Of a DNA stretch of 64,000 nucleotides, positions 39,983-50,266 are shown piece by piece. The stretch lies in IMG/VR virus record IMGVR_UViG_3300037400_005024, positions 32,001 through 96,000 of that record; one strand, written 5' to 3'. Made by a program: the position numbers and the translations under genes. The notes under the pieces were generated by a model. It ran no database searches. It had not been told where the DNA came from and worked only from the letters and a program-made list of their open reading frames with translations. How positions within the stretch are numbered: the first letter of the stretch is position 1; each line of letters starts with the position of its first letter. The stretch comes from a virus. Lineage: Duplodnaviria > Caudoviricetes.

Positions 39983-41434
39983 TTAAAAGTAAAAATAATC
40001 CAATGACTCTAGATATTCATCTGGTGTTCCAAATGAAAGGTATTCATTTACTAAAATTGTCTTATATTTCAAATACTTAAATGCAGAATCAAGGTAAAAT
40101 TCTCCATTTACTCTGTCATCTTTTTCAAACTGCTTTTCAATTGCTTCGATAAGTTTCTGATTATCTTTAACCCAGAACGAACCAATTAAAACATTTTGAT
40201 CCATTGATTTTCTTTGTTTAATAGATAATTCAGAGTCTGAACACCATGAAAATGAGTTAAGATTATGAATCTGATAATCAGTTGGCTTTGTAACAAAAAT
40301 TATAGCATCATAATCAGATTTGTACTCTTCAATATCTGGATAATTGCATAAAAGATCGCAAGGAACAATTAAAGTTTCACCTTTTAAATTCTTTAAAGAT
40401 GAATAATATGAAAATGATGCACCTATCTTGTTTGATGGAACGTAGTTTAATAAATCTGTATCAGGTGTAGTTTCCCAGAATCTTCTATGCTCCTTTGAAC
40501 AAACAATCTGATTAGCGTTTATAGAATTTTTAATGATTGAGTACAGCGGTTTGTTATCAACTGGTAAAAATGGCTTTGGTACTTTATAATTAAGTTTTAA
40601 AAATCTTTCACCTTTACCAGCAGCTAAAATGATTCTGTTTTTAGCTGTACAGTTATTATTTAAAGAGAAGTTTAAACACTTTTTAACATGTTCAAGATCT
40701 TCAGGTGTACCTAACTGATAAAATTTATCAACTGAATTAAATGCAAAACCGTCAATGTATCTGTATAATAATGAACAGTAAAATTCGCCATTTAGGCATT
40801 CATCTGAAACTTTAGAATTTAAAAGTTTTTCTGAACTCTCTAAAAGAAGGTCAACAGAACTGAAATAGTAAATACCAGGACTCCAGAGTTCTTCAAGTCT
40901 ATTCTTTGAATTGTACTTTTCAAAAACTGCTTGAATTTGATTATTTGATTTTACTTTATAAGCGGCATAAACGTTTTTTGGATTTTTTAAATTAGGATGA
41001 TTTCCTGAATAACATGGAACAACACCAAAATCTTTATTAGTTTCTTTTAATTCTGAAATAGTATCTAAAAACTTTTGATAATCCCATTTAACTCCAAAAT
41101 CGCAGTATGAAACTATCAGATCACCTTTAATAGATGAAATTTCATCTTTAACTGCGTAAATTGTGCCAACAGGACCATTTTTAACAAATTCAGAATCTTT
41201 TATAGTAAAAATCTTTGTTTTTAAATTCTTATTCTTTAAAAAATCTGTTAAATCGTTTAAAACAGATTCCCTAACAATGAAATAAAAATTGTCTGATTTA
41301 TCAAAAGAATCTAAAACAAAATCTAAAACTTTTCTGTTATTCTTTTCATCTACAGTAATAAATGGCTTGTACTCTTTATAACCAGCATTTTTGAAACGTG
41401 TTCCAAAGCCAGTCATTGGAATTAAAATATTCAT
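39983..41434 (-). CDS. Tandem two-domain sugar-phosphate nucleotidyltransferase (BcbE-like)
   Basis: IPMTGFGTRF..GY..YKP and ILAAGKGERF..Y..PKP; each domain has NGEFY and GTPED/GTPDE. Confidence 0.85.
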   Translation of the reverse strand: MNILIPMTGFGTRFKNAGYKEYKPFITVDEKNNRKVLDFVLDSFDKSDNFYFIVRESVLNDLTDFLKNKNLKTKIFTIKDSEFVKNGPVGTIYAVKDEISSIKGDLIVSYCDFGVKWDYQKFLDTISELKETNKDFGVVPCYSGNHPNLKNPKNVYAAYKVKSNNQIQAVFEKYNSKNRLEELWSPGIYYFSSVDLLLESSEKLLNSKVSDECLNGEFYCSLLYRYIDGFAFNSVDKFYQLGTPEDLEHVKKCLNFSLNNNCTAKNRIILAAGKGERFLKLNYKVPKPFLPVDNKPLYSIIKNSINANQIVCSKEHRRFWETTPDTDLLNYVPSNKIGASFSYYSSLKNLKGETLIVPCDLLCNYPDIEEYKSDYDAIIFVTKPTDYQIHNLNSFSWCSDSELSIKQRKSMDQNVLIGSFWVKDNQKLIEAIEKQFEKDDRVNGEFYLDSAFKYLKYKTILVNEYLSFGTPDEYLESLDYFYF

Positions 41435-42102
41435 TATTTAGTCCTCTTTAAATTCTGTCTGTAAACTTCATCTGGTGTTAACAGTTTATTACACTGTTCT
41501 GTACTCAAAGTATCTAATTCAAGATTAGATGATTTTATGAAAAGTGAAATATATGCATTAGCAAGAATCTGTTCAGGATTATCCTGCATTACAAAATCAT
41601 CTGGACAGTAGAAATACTTAATCTTTGGTTTATACTCTGCAAGATCATCTATTATCTCAGAGCATTCTGAAGCTGAATCACTCTGAACAATGACACCGTG
41701 ATTTCTTAGGAAAATCAACTTATTATCACCGATTGTACAGTCTGAAAGATCTGCACCAGGTGTTCTGTATTCTACAATCTTTGGATTATATTTTGAGAAT
41801 CTATCTAAAAGAGCACCTGAGATAATTGGAATAATATAAATTGGATGATAATGCAAAACAAACTTGAACTTTGAATTTTTATGCATTCCAATTTCTAAAG
41901 ATGCTTTTCTAGAATCGTTTTCATGAATAATCTGAAAAGGTTCTCTAAGCGCTGTTCCGGATGCTTTAATGTAAAGACCATCTAAAGTTTTAACAGAAAC
42001 ATTACCACCATATCCAGGAGAATCTAAAACATTTCCAATTTTAGATGTTATTTCTACTAAATCATCTAAATCGTTTTGTATTATCATACTATCTTCAAAC
42101 AT
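41434..42102 (-). CDS. Class II aldolase/epimerase family protein
   Basis: GGNVSVK, IKASG, SLE..MH, HYHP, LRNHG. Confidence 0.88.
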   Translation of the reverse strand: MFEDSMIIQNDLDDLVEITSKIGNVLDSPGYGGNVSVKTLDGLYIKASGTALREPFQIIHENDSRKASLEIGMHKNSKFKFVLHYHPIYIIPIISGALLDRFSKYNPKIVEYRTPGADLSDCTIGDNKLIFLRNHGVIVQSDSASECSEIIDDLAEYKPKIKYFYCPDDFVMQDNPEQILANAYISLFIKSSNLELDTLSTEQCNKLLTPDEVYRQNLKRTK

Positions 42103-43351
42103 AAAGTATTTCCTTAATTCTTTTACTTAATTCAACTGGTAATTCATTTTCAGAGCATTTAAAATTTTGAACAAAATCTAACTCGTTTTTAAATTGAACT
42201 TCACAAATTTCATTTTCTGTTTTAACTAAAATATTTGCAAAATCTTTCTGAATATTTATGTATTTCTTAAAATCTTCATCTCTTTCTTTTATAGATTGTA
42301 TCACTCTTTCAGGTGTTTTATCACGCGACCTAGAATCTCTTAAAACTTTTCTAGAATCAGCATTTTCATTATCTAAGTAAATTTTGATTTTGATGAAATC
42401 ACCGGTAACCTCAGGATATAAAGTGTGCAATCCGTCAATTATCACAAATTCAGAATTTTTAAATTTTTTGGGTTCGTCAAAATAACCAGTATCATGATTA
42501 TAAATAGGAATTAAGACGTCATTTTTCCAAAAGATATCTTGAACATCAAGTCCTAACTGGACAAGGTTATTTGCTTCTGGATTGTAATGAGTTAAACGTT
42601 TCCAAGCATCAGAATATCTGTGATATTTATGATAACCATCTGTTTCAATCTGAGAACCATTAAAAATTTTGCAAAGTTCAGAACTCAGAGTTGATTTTCC
42701 TGCACCAGATTTTCCAGTAATTGAAATAATGTTTCTATCTAAGGAAAATGGATATGAATAAATTTCGAACTCTGAAAAATTGTCATGATTTGAATCACCA
42801 ATCATAATACATTCTTCTGGCTTAGACTTTGTCAATTCAAGTGCTTTATCTATTAAACACTTTGAAGGCTTTTCTGATTCAAATTCTGAACTTGTAACGA
42901 TGAAATCAAATAAATCTGAAATTCCTGAGTTTTCAAGTCTCTTAATTTGTTCTAAAAGATAATAATCTGTAATTGCACAAATCTTTTTATCTTTGAAAAA
43001 TTTTAAAGTTTCGATCATAATTTCAGAAACTCTATCATTTTTAAGCACTTCATCTAAAAAGTAGTTGTACATTTCAGGTAATTCTGTAAAAGAACGACCA
43101 GAATTATCTAAAAGTGTTTTAAAATAAAGTTTTCTATTATGAGAAGAAGACCTCAAATTTCTGCTTTTAACAGAATCTTTTGCTTTATTAAAATCATCAT
43201 ATGAAAAACCAAATCTCTCTAATGTCTTTAATTCTGCAATTGAATTTGTTTTAGAACTATAGAAAATAGTATTATCTAAATCTATTAAAATTGTTTTGAA
43301 AATCTGATTTGATTTTTCAATATTCTGAATTGCTCTTATTAAAAAATTCAT
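42095..43351 (-). CDS. HAD phosphatase fused to a phosphoribulokinase-like kinase
   Basis: DLDNT, EKPS, IGDS..D; GKSGAGKST, DGYHKYHR, PEANNL, PIYNHDTG, DGLH. Confidence 0.88.
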   Translation of the reverse strand: MNFLIRAIQNIEKSNQIFKTILIDLDNTIFYSSKTNSIAELKTLERFGFSYDDFNKAKDSVKSRNLRSSSHNRKLYFKTLLDNSGRSFTELPEMYNYFLDEVLKNDRVSEIMIETLKFFKDKKICAITDYYLLEQIKRLENSGISDLFDFIVTSSEFESEKPSKCLIDKALELTKSKPEECIMIGDSNHDNFSEFEIYSYPFSLDRNIISITGKSGAGKSTLSSELCKIFNGSQIETDGYHKYHRYSDAWKRLTHYNPEANNLVQLGLDVQDIFWKNDVLIPIYNHDTGYFDEPKKFKNSEFVIIDGLHTLYPEVTGDFIKIKIYLDNENADSRKVLRDSRSRDKTPERVIQSIKERDEDFKKYINIQKDFANILVKTENEICEVQFKNELDFVQNFKCSENELPVELSKRIKEILYV

Positions 43352-43990
43352 TTAATCTTCTCTGAAAAACTTTGGTGATTTTGTACAAATTGAAACATCA
43401 AGATCTTTTACAAATCTTTTAAAATCTTTTAAGTCTTTATCAGTATTTAAATCAAAACCAAAAACATCAGGCGCAGTTAGAATAATATCTGGGTCATAAC
43501 CTAATGTGTAACAACAATCTTTTATCATTAGAATATGATTCAAAATTGAACATTTTGAATTACACATTTTAGTATCAATCCAAAACTTTGTTGCTTCTGA
43601 CCTTTTCACTAGTGAAACTGATAGTGGTTCAAAATCTGATACTCTTATTATAAAATGACCTTTGTATCTTTCATCGGTTTTACAGTATTTTAAAATATCT
43701 GGAATTTGAGAATCTAGAAAATAAACATTGTCTCTAAAACCGTTAAAACCATATTTAAATAACTTTTCTTCGATACCTGATTCTTTAGCATTCGCAATAA
43801 TGGTTTTATTTGTACTTAAGACATTTTTAAAAGTATCTAAAACAGGATAACTTGAATAATCATGTGAAACAATGATATTGTTTCCGCGTTCTAAATATCT
43901 AAAATCTATTTCAAAACCATCAAAGTCTTCAAAAGCTGATAAATTAGAATTTTTAAAATCTGAAACTTGAAATCTATGCAAATAAATCAC
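43352..43990 (-). CDS. GDPD/PI-PLC-like phosphodiesterase of polysaccharide loci
   Basis: HR, GFEIDFR, VSHD, NAKE.G.E, FLD, RVSDFE, WID, ICTK. Confidence 0.7.
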   Translation of the reverse strand: MIYLHRFQVSDFKNSNLSAFEDFDGFEIDFRYLERGNNIIVSHDYSSYPVLDTFKNVLSTNKTIIANAKESGIEEKLFKYGFNGFRDNVYFLDSQIPDILKYCKTDERYKGHFIIRVSDFEPLSVSLVKRSEATKFWIDTKMCNSKCSILNHILMIKDCCYTLGYDPDIILTAPDVFGFDLNTDKDLKDFKRFVKDLDVSICTKSPKFFRED

Positions 43991-44061
43991 TTTAGTCTCC
44001 TTTTTATATTATTTTAAAACTATTTATGCAAAATACACTCATAGCCCTATAATTTTTAAAA

Positions 44062-45564
44062 TTAAATTTTTAAAACTGACTCTTTAACGCTGTATCCTTC
44101 AGGATAATATGATGTTTTCAATCTATGCTGATATTGTTTATAAAAAGTACCTGAGTATTTTCTAGTGCCTAGATTATCAACTAAATCAAATACAGTAAAT
44201 TTTGATTTTGAATCATGTTTTCTGATTCCTCTACCAATTGACTGTGTTACTGTTGTGTATGCTTTCAATGGACTTGCAAAAATCATATTATGCAAATTCT
44301 TAATGTTGACACCTGTACTTAAGATGGAATAGTTGGAAACTAAAATTGCTCCTGAATCATTTTCAAGAATCAATCTTGTCTTTTCTCTAACTTTTGCGTC
44401 ATCTTCGCCGTTTATAAAGTAAACATGATAATTTTTCTGAAAATCAAATGAGTACTTTCCAGTGATATCTTTATTTTCTACATTTACATCTGGAAAGAGT
44501 TTTTTCATTATTTCTAAGTATAAATCTTTACCATGCTGAGTATGAGAAAACAAAATCAAAGAATTTTCATTTTTCTTCATTAAAGAGACACCTAAGTTAC
44601 AGATGAAATCATTTCTTGACTCATTCTCTTTGATGAATTTCAATTGCTCTAACCATGTACGGCACTCTCTAACCTCTGTTTTGAATTCTGGCGAATAATC
44701 TATAATAATTGATTTAATTGTGATAGGAGTGCCTAAACCACGTTCTATAAGCTCACGAGAACTAATGTATTTTGTGCTTTCACCAAAAAGTCCAATTAGT
44801 CTATATAACAAAATAGGATCTTCTGGTAAAGTTCCTGTAAATCCAAATCTGTATTTAGTATCTAATAGTGATGTTGCAATTTCTGATGAAACTTCACCAG
44901 CGTTTTTGTGCACCTCATCATTGATGATGACATCGTATTTAATACTTTTATTAAGTTCATCTTTATACTGAATCATAGATTGCCAAGTTGAAATTAAAAC
45001 ACTTGATTTGAAATCTGTTTTATTTCCTGCACCTAAGATATCAGTATTTTCAGATAATTCTTTAAGATTATATGAGTCAATATCAGCTTTAAATTGAGTC
45101 AATAAGTTAATATTTGGAACTAGTAATAAAACTCTTTTTCCGTGAACTCTGAAAAAGTCTGCTAATAAAGCGATGACTGCCGATTTGCCACTGCCTGTAC
45201 ATAGAAGATTGATATGTTTTACATTAAGAATTGATTCAATAAAACATTTTAACTGATAATCATACGGTTTAAATGGCAATTTATCTAAGTTATTTTTAAG
45301 ATAATCTTTAATTTCTTCTATAGAAAAATCAGTTTTTAAATCTTCTCGTTGTCCTATAAGTTTTAAATGACCATTGTATACAATTAAAGAATCATTTACG
45401 TGTTTTGTAAAATAAACAAATGGTGATTTAAAACCTCTTTGAACTAAAGGATTGAAATAAGCACCTGGCTCTTCAACTTTTAATCTGTCGGCAATTTTAT
45501 GAAGGTCATTTTCAGGTCCTGTGATTTTTGAAAAGGACTCATTTAATTTCTGGACTTGAATCAT
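44062..45564 (-). CDS. uvsW: UvsW SF2 helicase
   Basis: PYDYQ, TGSGKS, DEVH, GFTGT, STGVNIKNLH, QSIGRG; likely start 45564 (AGGA RBS). Confidence 0.92.
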   Translation of the reverse strand: MIQVQKLNESFSKITGPENDLHKIADRLKVEEPGAYFNPLVQRGFKSPFVYFTKHVNDSLIVYNGHLKLIGQREDLKTDFSIEEIKDYLKNNLDKLPFKPYDYQLKCFIESILNVKHINLLCTGSGKSAVIALLADFFRVHGKRVLLLVPNINLLTQFKADIDSYNLKELSENTDILGAGNKTDFKSSVLISTWQSMIQYKDELNKSIKYDVIINDEVHKNAGEVSSEIATSLLDTKYRFGFTGTLPEDPILLYRLIGLFGESTKYISSRELIERGLGTPITIKSIIIDYSPEFKTEVRECRTWLEQLKFIKENESRNDFICNLGVSLMKKNENSLILFSHTQHGKDLYLEIMKKLFPDVNVENKDITGKYSFDFQKNYHVYFINGEDDAKVREKTRLILENDSGAILVSNYSILSTGVNIKNLHNMIFASPLKAYTTVTQSIGRGIRKHDSKSKFTVFDLVDNLGTRKYSGTFYKQYQHRLKTSYYPEGYSVKESVLKI

Positions 45565-45653
45565 TTTTCCTACTTTAGTTAAAAATGCCGTTATTATGTG
45601 ATAACGGCAAAGTAATTGAGTAATTAAAAGGAATTCAAAGGAATTCAACTTAA

Positions 45654-46142
45654 CTACTGAATGTCTAACTTAATTTCTTTTTCTTGATTTACATAAGTGC
45701 ATTCAATCTTTAAAACACCATTATCCATACTAATCTCTGGAATTGAAGTGTCATTTGGAAGATCGATTTTCCAAACTTTATCAATGTTCTTTAAAAAACT
45801 GAAATACTTTGAATATTCATAATTTACATTTTCGTCTAAAACAATTTTTAGATGTTTACAACCATTTTCAACATATGTGATTGAAATATCATCCCTTGAA
45901 ACGCCTGGCATTAAAACGAAAACTTTATAACTGTCTTTATCACGATTTGTATAAACTAAACCACTTGATTTATAATTCATAGGATCCTCTAATTCGCCTG
46001 AATTTGTCTTGTCTAAGTACTCGTCTGTTAAATTTCTTGAATCTAAGTCTTCAAAACGTTCAAATGCATCTTTTGCAATTTTATTCTTGAAAACATCATC
46101 TAATAACTTTGCAAGTTCTTTATCTTTAATAAATGAAAACAT
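45654..46142 (-). CDS. Small heat-shock protein (Hsp20)
   Basis: MPGVSRDDI, MDNGVLKI. Confidence 0.8.
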   Translation of the reverse strand: MFSFIKDKELAKLLDDVFKNKIAKDAFERFEDLDSRNLTDEYLDKTNSGELEDPMNYKSSGLVYTNRDKDSYKVFVLMPGVSRDDISITYVENGCKHLKIVLDENVNYEYSKYFSFLKNIDKVWKIDLPNDTSIPEISMDNGVLKIECTYVNQEKEIKLDIQ

Positions 46143-46143
46143 G

Positions 46144-46497
46144 TTAATCTCCTATTTTAAGTTTTGTTTCCTTTGAAACTTTCTTGAAAACAATCTGTAA
46201 AACACCATTGACGTATCTTACTTCAGATTCTTCTGAATCAGTTACGTCTAAAGGAATATCGTAAATTTTTTCAAAATCATCAAAACATTTAAACTGATTA
46301 TCCTTAGCTCGAACGATCAACTTATTTCCAGACATTGAAACAGAAACATTTTTCTTCTCAAAACCTGGAAGTGCTAAAATAATTTCATACTTTTCTGGTA
46401 AATCGTTAATGTACTCTGTATTTGCATAATAATCTGTCTTGTAAGTGAATAAACTAGGAAATCTTGAATTTATTGTAAAATCATCAAATATAGACAT
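46144..46497 (-). CDS. Small heat-shock protein (Hsp20)
   Basis: LPGFEKKNVSV, YVNGVLQI. Confidence 0.85.
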   Translation of the reverse strand: MSIFDDFTINSRFPSLFTYKTDYYANTEYINDLPEKYEIILALPGFEKKNVSVSMSGNKLIVRAKDNQFKCFDDFEKIYDIPLDVTDSEESEVRYVNGVLQIVFKKVSKETKLKIGD

Positions 46498-46576
46498 TTT
46501 TAATAAACCTCTTTTATTATTAAATAATATAATATCTTTCCTTGACTTTTTAAATACAATCCAAAAAATTTAATTT

Positions 46577-49198
46577 TTAATCAAAGTTTAAAATTACATC
46601 ATCTGAAAATTCAACTATTTTTGGATCAACCGAATATTTTCTAGTTCCATCACCGTTTGAAAAATATTTAAAACCAATCTTTTTACAGAGATATCTGATA
46701 TTTTTGTCTTTAATTTCAGAATTCTTGTATTCAAAGCTAAAATCTTTAACGTTCTTAATTCTTGAAATAAAATCAATAATCTCTGTTTTATTTTTAAGAA
46801 TAGCACTTGAAACAATTATCTGAAGTTTCGAATCATCAATTTCTTTGTTTAAATAAGATTTTAATAAAGAATAATATTTACATTTTAAAATAAATGAACT
46901 ATCTTTTATAGCGATACTAAAAATTTCCTTTTTTCGTTCATTTGAAATCAATTTAAGATTTGAGTCAATTTCATAAATTTTTTCTGAACTTGAATTTTTA
47001 GGTAATTCATTTTTATCAATGTCATTTAATAACAAATACTGATTAAATGTTTCTTCTAAAAGTTTATCTTTATTTTCTTTGTTTTCTTTTTGATACTTGA
47101 GTAAAACATTACTTTCAAATGAATTTTCAATAACAGATGGACTATTTTTAAAGTGCATTTTCAAAAGGTATAAAAACGCGTTTTTATGATTAAATTCAAG
47201 AATGTTTTTAAAGCAATCAATTATCAGAGCTGACTTTCCTAGTTTTGAAAGTTTTGCTTCACCATAATCATTTAACTCGAATAAAAAGTTATGTTCTGCG
47301 TACTTTCCAATTTCTGAAATGTATTCATCTCTAATTTCGTTAAAAGATGTTTTAAGAAAATTTATCCTATTTTTAACATAGAAATGTATTTCTTTTGTTT
47401 TTCTTGTTCTTTTAATCATTTGCAAAGAAGAAATAACATCAGTTGTCATACTTGAATCGTAATGAAAATGAGTATCAATTTTATTCAAGTTCGAAACACC
47501 GACAGTTAGCGTTGGACTGTATAGTAAAACATCGTACTCATCTGAATTTTCATCACTAAAAATCTGATAAATTCTTTCTTTAACTGAAGGCGGAGTTTCC
47601 GCAGTTAAAACTAAAACTCTGTAATTTAACTTTCTTAGTAATAAAAATAAAGCATTTATAAAACTTAGTGAAGTACTCGAAATTGTTACTCTTCCTTCTT
47701 GAACTTTTCTAAGAATTTTTTGAATAAAATAATTAAAATTATTGTACTCATAAAGTTTAGTCTCATCTCTGTAAACGTTATTCAAGAAAAACATATTATT
47801 ATTTTTATTAAATAACTTATTTTCATATCCAGTTAAAAACGCATCTGCAATTACAACTTTCAAGTTAAATGAGGCAAAGAACTTTGCAAGATTTATCTGA
47901 GAATTATTCATTGTGTTTCTAGCATGGAATAGAAGTGAGATAAATTCATCCAGAATGACAAGATCAAAATTTTTGATATTGTATTTCCAAAGAGAATCAA
48001 ACTGACAGATTAAAGAATCTCCAATGGAATATTCATCTTTATTGTAGATCTTAATACCATATTTCTGTTTAAAATCTTCTGCAACTGAAATTCTGTTTGT
48101 AATAATCAGAATTCGCATATCGTTATTCAAGCCCTCTTGAATAATTCTTTTAATAATTGTAGACTTTCCGGTTCCCATTGGACTTTTTATAGTAAATAGA
48201 CCACCCTTGCCTTCAACAAATTCAGCAATACTCTGTTCAATTTCTGGAGTTACACTTAGAAATTTTGAGTCAACTGTTAAGACCTTATTTTTAAGATTAA
48301 ATTCTTTTAATTCTTTATCATAATTTATAGAATTAGACGCTAATTCTTTAAATTTGTTTGAGTTTTTAATAAGTTTAAAGATATTGAATGACTTAGACTT
48401 ATTAAAATGATGCATTGTATAAGGTGAATTTCTAAACCAGAAATAACCGCCTGGTGTTTTCAATTCTGACGGATGTGAAAATGAAATACTGTTATCAGAA
48501 TTTGTTGAAATTGCTTTAAACCCTAAAATATTAAAAACTTTAAGACAAAGATCGTCAACTCTAGTAACATCAGATGTATCTAGATTATCAAGATTTATTT
48601 CGTCAAATGAAAACTTGTCAGTTATAGTACCAACTTTCTTTGGTAATACAGAAATGTCAGAAAATCTAATAATGTTATTACATTCTGAATTATCAAGTAA
48701 AACATTGAATTTTCCGATAGGCGCGTTCAGTGTTCCGATTCTTGAAACTGATTGATCAAAATCTGCTAAATCAATTAAATCATAATGAATTTTCTGAATT
48801 GCATATTTTAGATGTTTTAATTCTAAATTACACCCCAGAACACCTTTAATTGAAAAATAATCAACACCGTTATACGATCTTGATTCTAAAAGTAAACATT
48901 TGTAATTTTTAAAATAATTTAAAACTTTATTCAATGTTTCTTTAGTATAGATTTTGTCAACATCAACAATAAAATAATTTATAGTATTATCAATGAATTC
49001 AACTAAATTTTCTTTTCTTCTGAATGTTCTTACAGATTTATTTAACGGAATGTTTAAAATAAAATTTTGAGATGCTTCTCTCAAAATTCCTTCTAATGTT
49101 TCAACCTGAAAAGTTTTAAAATAAAAGGTGTTATCATTATACGGTGAAAATGCTCTTTTTCCAGCAGAATTTGCCTTAAAAGATGTTACATTATACAT
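46577..49198 (-). CDS. Origin-binding-type SF2 helicase with possible N-terminal primase-like domain
   Basis: KSPMGTGKS, ILDEF, YSPTLTVGVS, QMIKRTR; N-terminal IVDVD and ESRS. Confidence 0.7.
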   Translation of the reverse strand: MYNVTSFKANSAGKRAFSPYNDNTFYFKTFQVETLEGILREASQNFILNIPLNKSVRTFRRKENLVEFIDNTINYFIVDVDKIYTKETLNKVLNYFKNYKCLLLESRSYNGVDYFSIKGVLGCNLELKHLKYAIQKIHYDLIDLADFDQSVSRIGTLNAPIGKFNVLLDNSECNNIIRFSDISVLPKKVGTITDKFSFDEINLDNLDTSDVTRVDDLCLKVFNILGFKAISTNSDNSISFSHPSELKTPGGYFWFRNSPYTMHHFNKSKSFNIFKLIKNSNKFKELASNSINYDKELKEFNLKNKVLTVDSKFLSVTPEIEQSIAEFVEGKGGLFTIKSPMGTGKSTIIKRIIQEGLNNDMRILIITNRISVAEDFKQKYGIKIYNKDEYSIGDSLICQFDSLWKYNIKNFDLVILDEFISLLFHARNTMNNSQINLAKFFASFNLKVVIADAFLTGYENKLFNKNNNMFFLNNVYRDETKLYEYNNFNYFIQKILRKVQEGRVTISSTSLSFINALFLLLRKLNYRVLVLTAETPPSVKERIYQIFSDENSDEYDVLLYSPTLTVGVSNLNKIDTHFHYDSSMTTDVISSLQMIKRTRKTKEIHFYVKNRINFLKTSFNEIRDEYISEIGKYAEHNFLFELNDYGEAKLSKLGKSALIIDCFKNILEFNHKNAFLYLLKMHFKNSPSVIENSFESNVLLKYQKENKENKDKLLEETFNQYLLLNDIDKNELPKNSSSEKIYEIDSNLKLISNERKKEIFSIAIKDSSFILKCKYYSLLKSYLNKEIDDSKLQIIVSSAILKNKTEIIDFISRIKNVKDFSFEYKNSEIKDKNIRYLCKKIGFKYFSNGDGTRKYSVDPKIVEFSDDVILNFD

Positions 49199-49209
49199 TT
49201 AAAATTCCT

Positions 49210-49905
49210 TTAGAGATCTAATTTATAATCTTTGAAATACCCTTGTACTCGTGAAACGTAATTTTCTGAAGTTCCTTTGCCTTTATAAGTATTGTAATGA
49301 GTTTTCCAAAGTTTAGCACGATGTTCCAAATAGTATGCCTTTTCTGCAATGTTTTTATCTCTTTGAAAATAATAAATCAGACAAAGTGCAATGGAATATT
49401 TTACGTTGTACATCAAGTTCCACTTTTCTGATTTATCTTTTACTCTTAAAGATAATAATAAATTATAATCATGTTCTGAAATACGTTTTATAAAAGCCTT
49501 TAAAAAATACGCAGTTTGAAGTCTAAATTGAGCGATTCCATAATTTTTGTAATTATCACGTGCATGATTATAAGGATATTGACCACCCAATGTTTCAGTG
49601 ATAAGTGTTTCATAGATCAAAACTGTATTGTTTTCATGATTTAGATTTATGTCAAAATCTTTAATAGTACTTTTAACTAATTCTAACAACAATTTTGGAT
49701 CTAGAAATTCTCCACCTTTATGTAAAAAATATCGTTTATTTTGAGAACGATCACACTGATCAGACTTTTCAGAGTCAATCATTGTGATGACAAAAACACC
49801 GTCATCTGGGTTTGAACTCTCGGAGTTTTTTGAAAGATAACACAACGATAGTATAATCAAGATTAAAATCAAAATAAATAACAAACATCTTTTACGGAAG
49901 CCCAT
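49210..49905 (-). CDS. Membrane-anchored lysozyme-like protein
   Basis: N-terminal TM helix; ET, YGIAQF, WKTHYNT..GKG. Confidence 0.5.
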   Translation of the reverse strand: MGFRKRCLLFILILILIILSLCYLSKNSESSNPDDGVFVITMIDSEKSDQCDRSQNKRYFLHKGGEFLDPKLLLELVKSTIKDFDINLNHENNTVLIYETLITETLGGQYPYNHARDNYKNYGIAQFRLQTAYFLKAFIKRISEHDYNLLLSLRVKDKSEKWNLMYNVKYSIALCLIYYFQRDKNIAEKAYYLEHRAKLWKTHYNTYKGKGTSENYVSRVQGYFKDYKLDL

Positions 49906-49949
49906 TTAGTCAATATCCCTCATAATTCAAAACACTTTAGAAGGTAGTT

Positions 49950-50255
49950 CTACCACGCATAACTTACATCTGTGTTTTTTAATGTACTGAAAAGATCTTT
50001 GTAATTTTTTCTAAGTTCATTAATCTTTTTAGAAAACTTCTGTAATTCTTTATCAGTAATATAATTTTTATTTTTCAAAGATCTTGTATTCAATTCAGCA
50101 CAGGTTAAACACGCTGAAATAAAGAACATTGTTTTATCGATTGAATAATCTGAGTCAGAAGTTTTAATCTCTAGAAGAGTCTCAATGTCTTCAAGTTTTT
50201 CAATTTCTTTAAGAGCATCTTTGGCCTTTTCAAATTTTTTTGCAATGTCTGTCAT
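49950..50255 (-). CDS. Hypothetical protein
   Basis: ORF, AGGAG RBS. Confidence 0.65.
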   Translation of the reverse strand: MTDIAKKFEKAKDALKEIEKLEDIETLLEIKTSDSDYSIDKTMFFISACLTCAELNTRSLKNKNYITDKELQKFSKKINELRKNYKDLFSTLKNTDVSYAW

Positions 50256-50266
50256 AAAAATCTCCT

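Noticed and set aside
42095-43351. Phosphoribulokinase as a Calvin-cycle auxiliary gene
   Set aside because: It is fused to HAD and embedded among nucleotide-sugar genes; no RuBisCO context.
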